DNA from: Vicugna vicugna
Lineage: Eukaryota
NCBI GenBank assembly: GCA_013265495.1
Contig: MU058198.1
Location: forward strand, 4,479,779 to 4,543,778
Reading direction: 5' to 3'
DNA length: 64,000 nucleotides
In this document: one piece after another, positions 61,561-64,000 of the stretch
Layout: every line of letters begins with the position of its first letter
Numbering within the stretch: position 1 is the stretch's first letter
Position numbers and translations under genes: made by a program
Notes under the pieces: model-generated
The model's database searches: none
What the model was told of the DNA's origin: nothing
Seen by the model: only the letters and a program-made list of their open reading frames with translations

Positions 61561-62137
61561 TTAAAAGTGAGCTGCTTGTTCCCAGAATGCGTCATAACTC
61601 CTGCTGCATCCTGGCCTTCGGTCTACATTGTTCTCTGCTGACAGCGCCCCTCCCCATTTCTTCACTTCTCTGAGTCATCTCTTCCCTAACCCTGAAGGTC
61701 GATTTAGGTGCATGTCTGTGCTGTGATAGCACTGTCATTAATAGGTGTTTGTGGAGCAAGGGAATAAATACGTAAAGGTGTGAACTTGATTAAAAGTGAA
61801 GGATGCCACTTTTGCCAGGCGAAGGCAGGTGAGCCGTAGGATGCTATGCTTAATAACCACCATTTTGAGTGTTCATTATCTGCTGGGCATTCCATGGTTT
61901 ATGTTGTTTAATGCTCAGAACACTCTTCTGATGTTCATGCTATGTTGACACTTATTTTTCCAGAGGAGGAAAGGGATCATGGAGAGGTGAAGGTCAGGGA
62001 GGTGGGACTTGGACCAGGCAGAGTCAGGCAGGACTTCATACCTGGGTAAGGGGAAGGAATCCATTTCTCCATGGGCTTGTTTTCCAGAAAATCACCGAGC
62101 CATATCAAAACTGGAAAAACTAGATCTCGGCAGCTGA

Positions 62138-62218
62138 TTTTTTTTTTTAATGATGGTTGAACCCAGGACCTCATGCACACTAAGCATGGACTCTACCACT
62201 GAGCTATCCCCTCCCCCA
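62138..62218 (-). mobile_element. tRNA-Ala-derived SINE (Vic-1-like), short form ending just after the B box
   Basis: Reverse strand GGGGGAGGGGATAGCTCAGTGGTAGAGTCCATGCTTAGTGTGCATGAGGTCCTGGGTTCAA plus poly-A; approximate flanking repeat GCA(G/A)CTGA(T/G)TTTT. Confidence 0.8.
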
Positions 62219-63734
62219 GCAACTGAGTTTTTTATAAAGGTTAAGGTAGGGCAGTATACCCAGCTTATTCTGGGTGACACCTTAATACTTCTCTGAGACA
62301 GTATCAACATACTGTGAGGTAGGAAGGAGTGTTTTATCACTGTAGGCAGTGGGAGTATTAGGTGCAGCAGTTAAGATCAGGGCTTTGTGTCAGGCAGACC
62401 TGGATATGGTTCTGGTCCTCCCAGTTGTCACCCATGGGACCAGCGAAATTTACAAAGATATTCTGGACTCAGCTTCCTCATCCGTGGAATAGCTATATGA
62501 TTGTTTGTGAGGATTAAATTTGATAAAGCTTGTAAGGAATCTCCACTCCCCTGATCCTGTTCCTTCCTGGTATCTGGTCCCCTTCTCCAGTCTCGCAGCT
62601 AGACAGGCAGCATATCACTTCCACCAGCCAGCTTTGCTCCATCTTTTAAAATGGACCGTGGATGAGCATGAAATACTCTGGGTATTTTTTTTTTTAAGAT
62701 CTTTATTTGTAGAGCTCAAGGTTTCCAAGCACAGTAATAATCAGATAAATATAGGAGCTAGACACCTACATTTTCTAAGTGGAAGAAACTCTCACTTTAA
62801 TGGAAGGAAACCAGGATCTACCGAGCGCCCACTTGGCACCTTTCAGAAGTGCAAAGAGGTGGCTTTGGGATACCACTCCCGCAGAAGGGGAGAGGGAGGC
62901 ACAGTGAAGCTGTATAAGGTGCTCCAGGTCACATGGCTGGATGGAGGCAGATCTGAGACAGGATGCAGGCAGGTGTCTGACCCCGGGACATACCTCTGGT
63001 TTGTACTTGCCTAACGGCATAGGATACAGGTGGTGCCTGGTTTGTGGCCTGCAGGACCAGTGAGCACAACTTTTCCCCGGAGCCAGAACTGTGCCAAAAA
63101 ATACTCAGCCTCAGCTTCTTTTGGAAGCAGGTGAAAGAACCCATTTTCAACCGGCTTCGGCTAAAAAAGGTTTACTAGAAGGAACACCGGGATTTTTCAC
63201 CTAAGAAGGATTAGAACTTGGGAAAGCCGGAAGCAGAATCTGTCAAGCCATTGGGAGCCCAGGAAGCTATTTCTCCTGTTCTCGGGTCACATATTTCCAC
63301 CTGTGTTTTTTGGTCAGCATGTGTGCTTCATACGTTTTCACGAGACTAGCTCTGTCTGCTTTTATAGCCCTTAGTTGACCCCAAGCTCCCAAGTTATATG
63401 TCCAGCATCCAAACATCTTCCACACTCCCTAGAATCTGTTCCTAGCATGCCAAGTCCAAGTTCCCCAGACAGAGAGAGGGGCCTGTCTCGGCCTGAGCCC
63501 ATGTCCACACGGAGCCAATCAGCTGTGCTGGGAAGCAGGGCTGTGTAGGGAGGTCACTCTGACTGAGGTCCAGGGAGAAAGGGCAGTTCTCTGAGAAGGA
63601 GTGGGGGTTAGGGGCTTACAAACGTCCCCTTAGGTCTCTATTGCAAACTTAGCCAGTCAATTAGACTGGAAAAAAAAACCCTCCTAAATAAAATAAATCA
63701 TAATTAGGTATGAATATAAACACTTAAAAACATC

Positions 63735-64000
63735 AAAAAATACTATATGTTTTCATTTGTATGTAAAATCTAAAGAATAGAACTAATGAATAAATATAAC
63801 AAAACAGAGACAGACTCATAGGGAGAACAGATGAATGGTTGCAGAGGAAGGGGTAGGGGAGGGGCAAAATAGGGGAGGGGGATTAAGAAGTGCACACTGC
63901 CAAATATAACACAGGTAAGTTACAGGGATGTAATGTACAGCACAGGGAATGTAGGCAATATTTTGTAATAACTTTATATGGAATGTAGTCTATAAAAATA
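63735..64000 (+). mobile_element. L1 3'UTR fragment running off the window end
   Basis: 'aatgaataaatataacaaaacagagacagactcatag...aagttacagggatgtaatgtacagcacagggaat...tttgtaataactttatatggaatgta'. Confidence 0.85.

Overview
Mammalian genomic DNA, most likely camelid judging by three tRNA-Ala-derived Vic-1-type SINEs. It holds two convergent, intact multi-exon genes. AQP8 (aquaporin-8) is on the + strand at about 7.3-15.85 kb with 6 exons. ZKSCAN2 (SCAN, degenerate KRAB, two Myb/SANT-like domains, six C2H2 fingers; 968 aa from 7 coding exons) is on the - strand at about 19.75-35.6 kb with a CpG-island promoter. Bases 1-7 kb and 36.5-64 kb are repeat-rich non-coding DNA (L1, L2, MIR, MaLR LTRs, hAT and Tigger relics, microsatellites). 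The most notable observations are: (i) the usual exon-1 start codon of AQP8 reads AAG, leaving an in-frame CUG, a weak downstream ATG and a strong out-of-frame ATG; (ii) a duplicated copy of the ZKSCAN2 KRAB-exon acceptor lies in the next intron and could yield a SCAN-only or poison isoform; (iii) an inverted-L2 hairpin sits in AQP8 intron 2; (iv) a TSD-flanked polyadenylated tag is nested in an L1; (v) there is a 20-bp minisatellite in the ZKSCAN2 promoter. I found no evidence of a wholly new multi-gene system. Repeat family names are by-eye recognition, and orthologue comparisons are from memory, not database searches.
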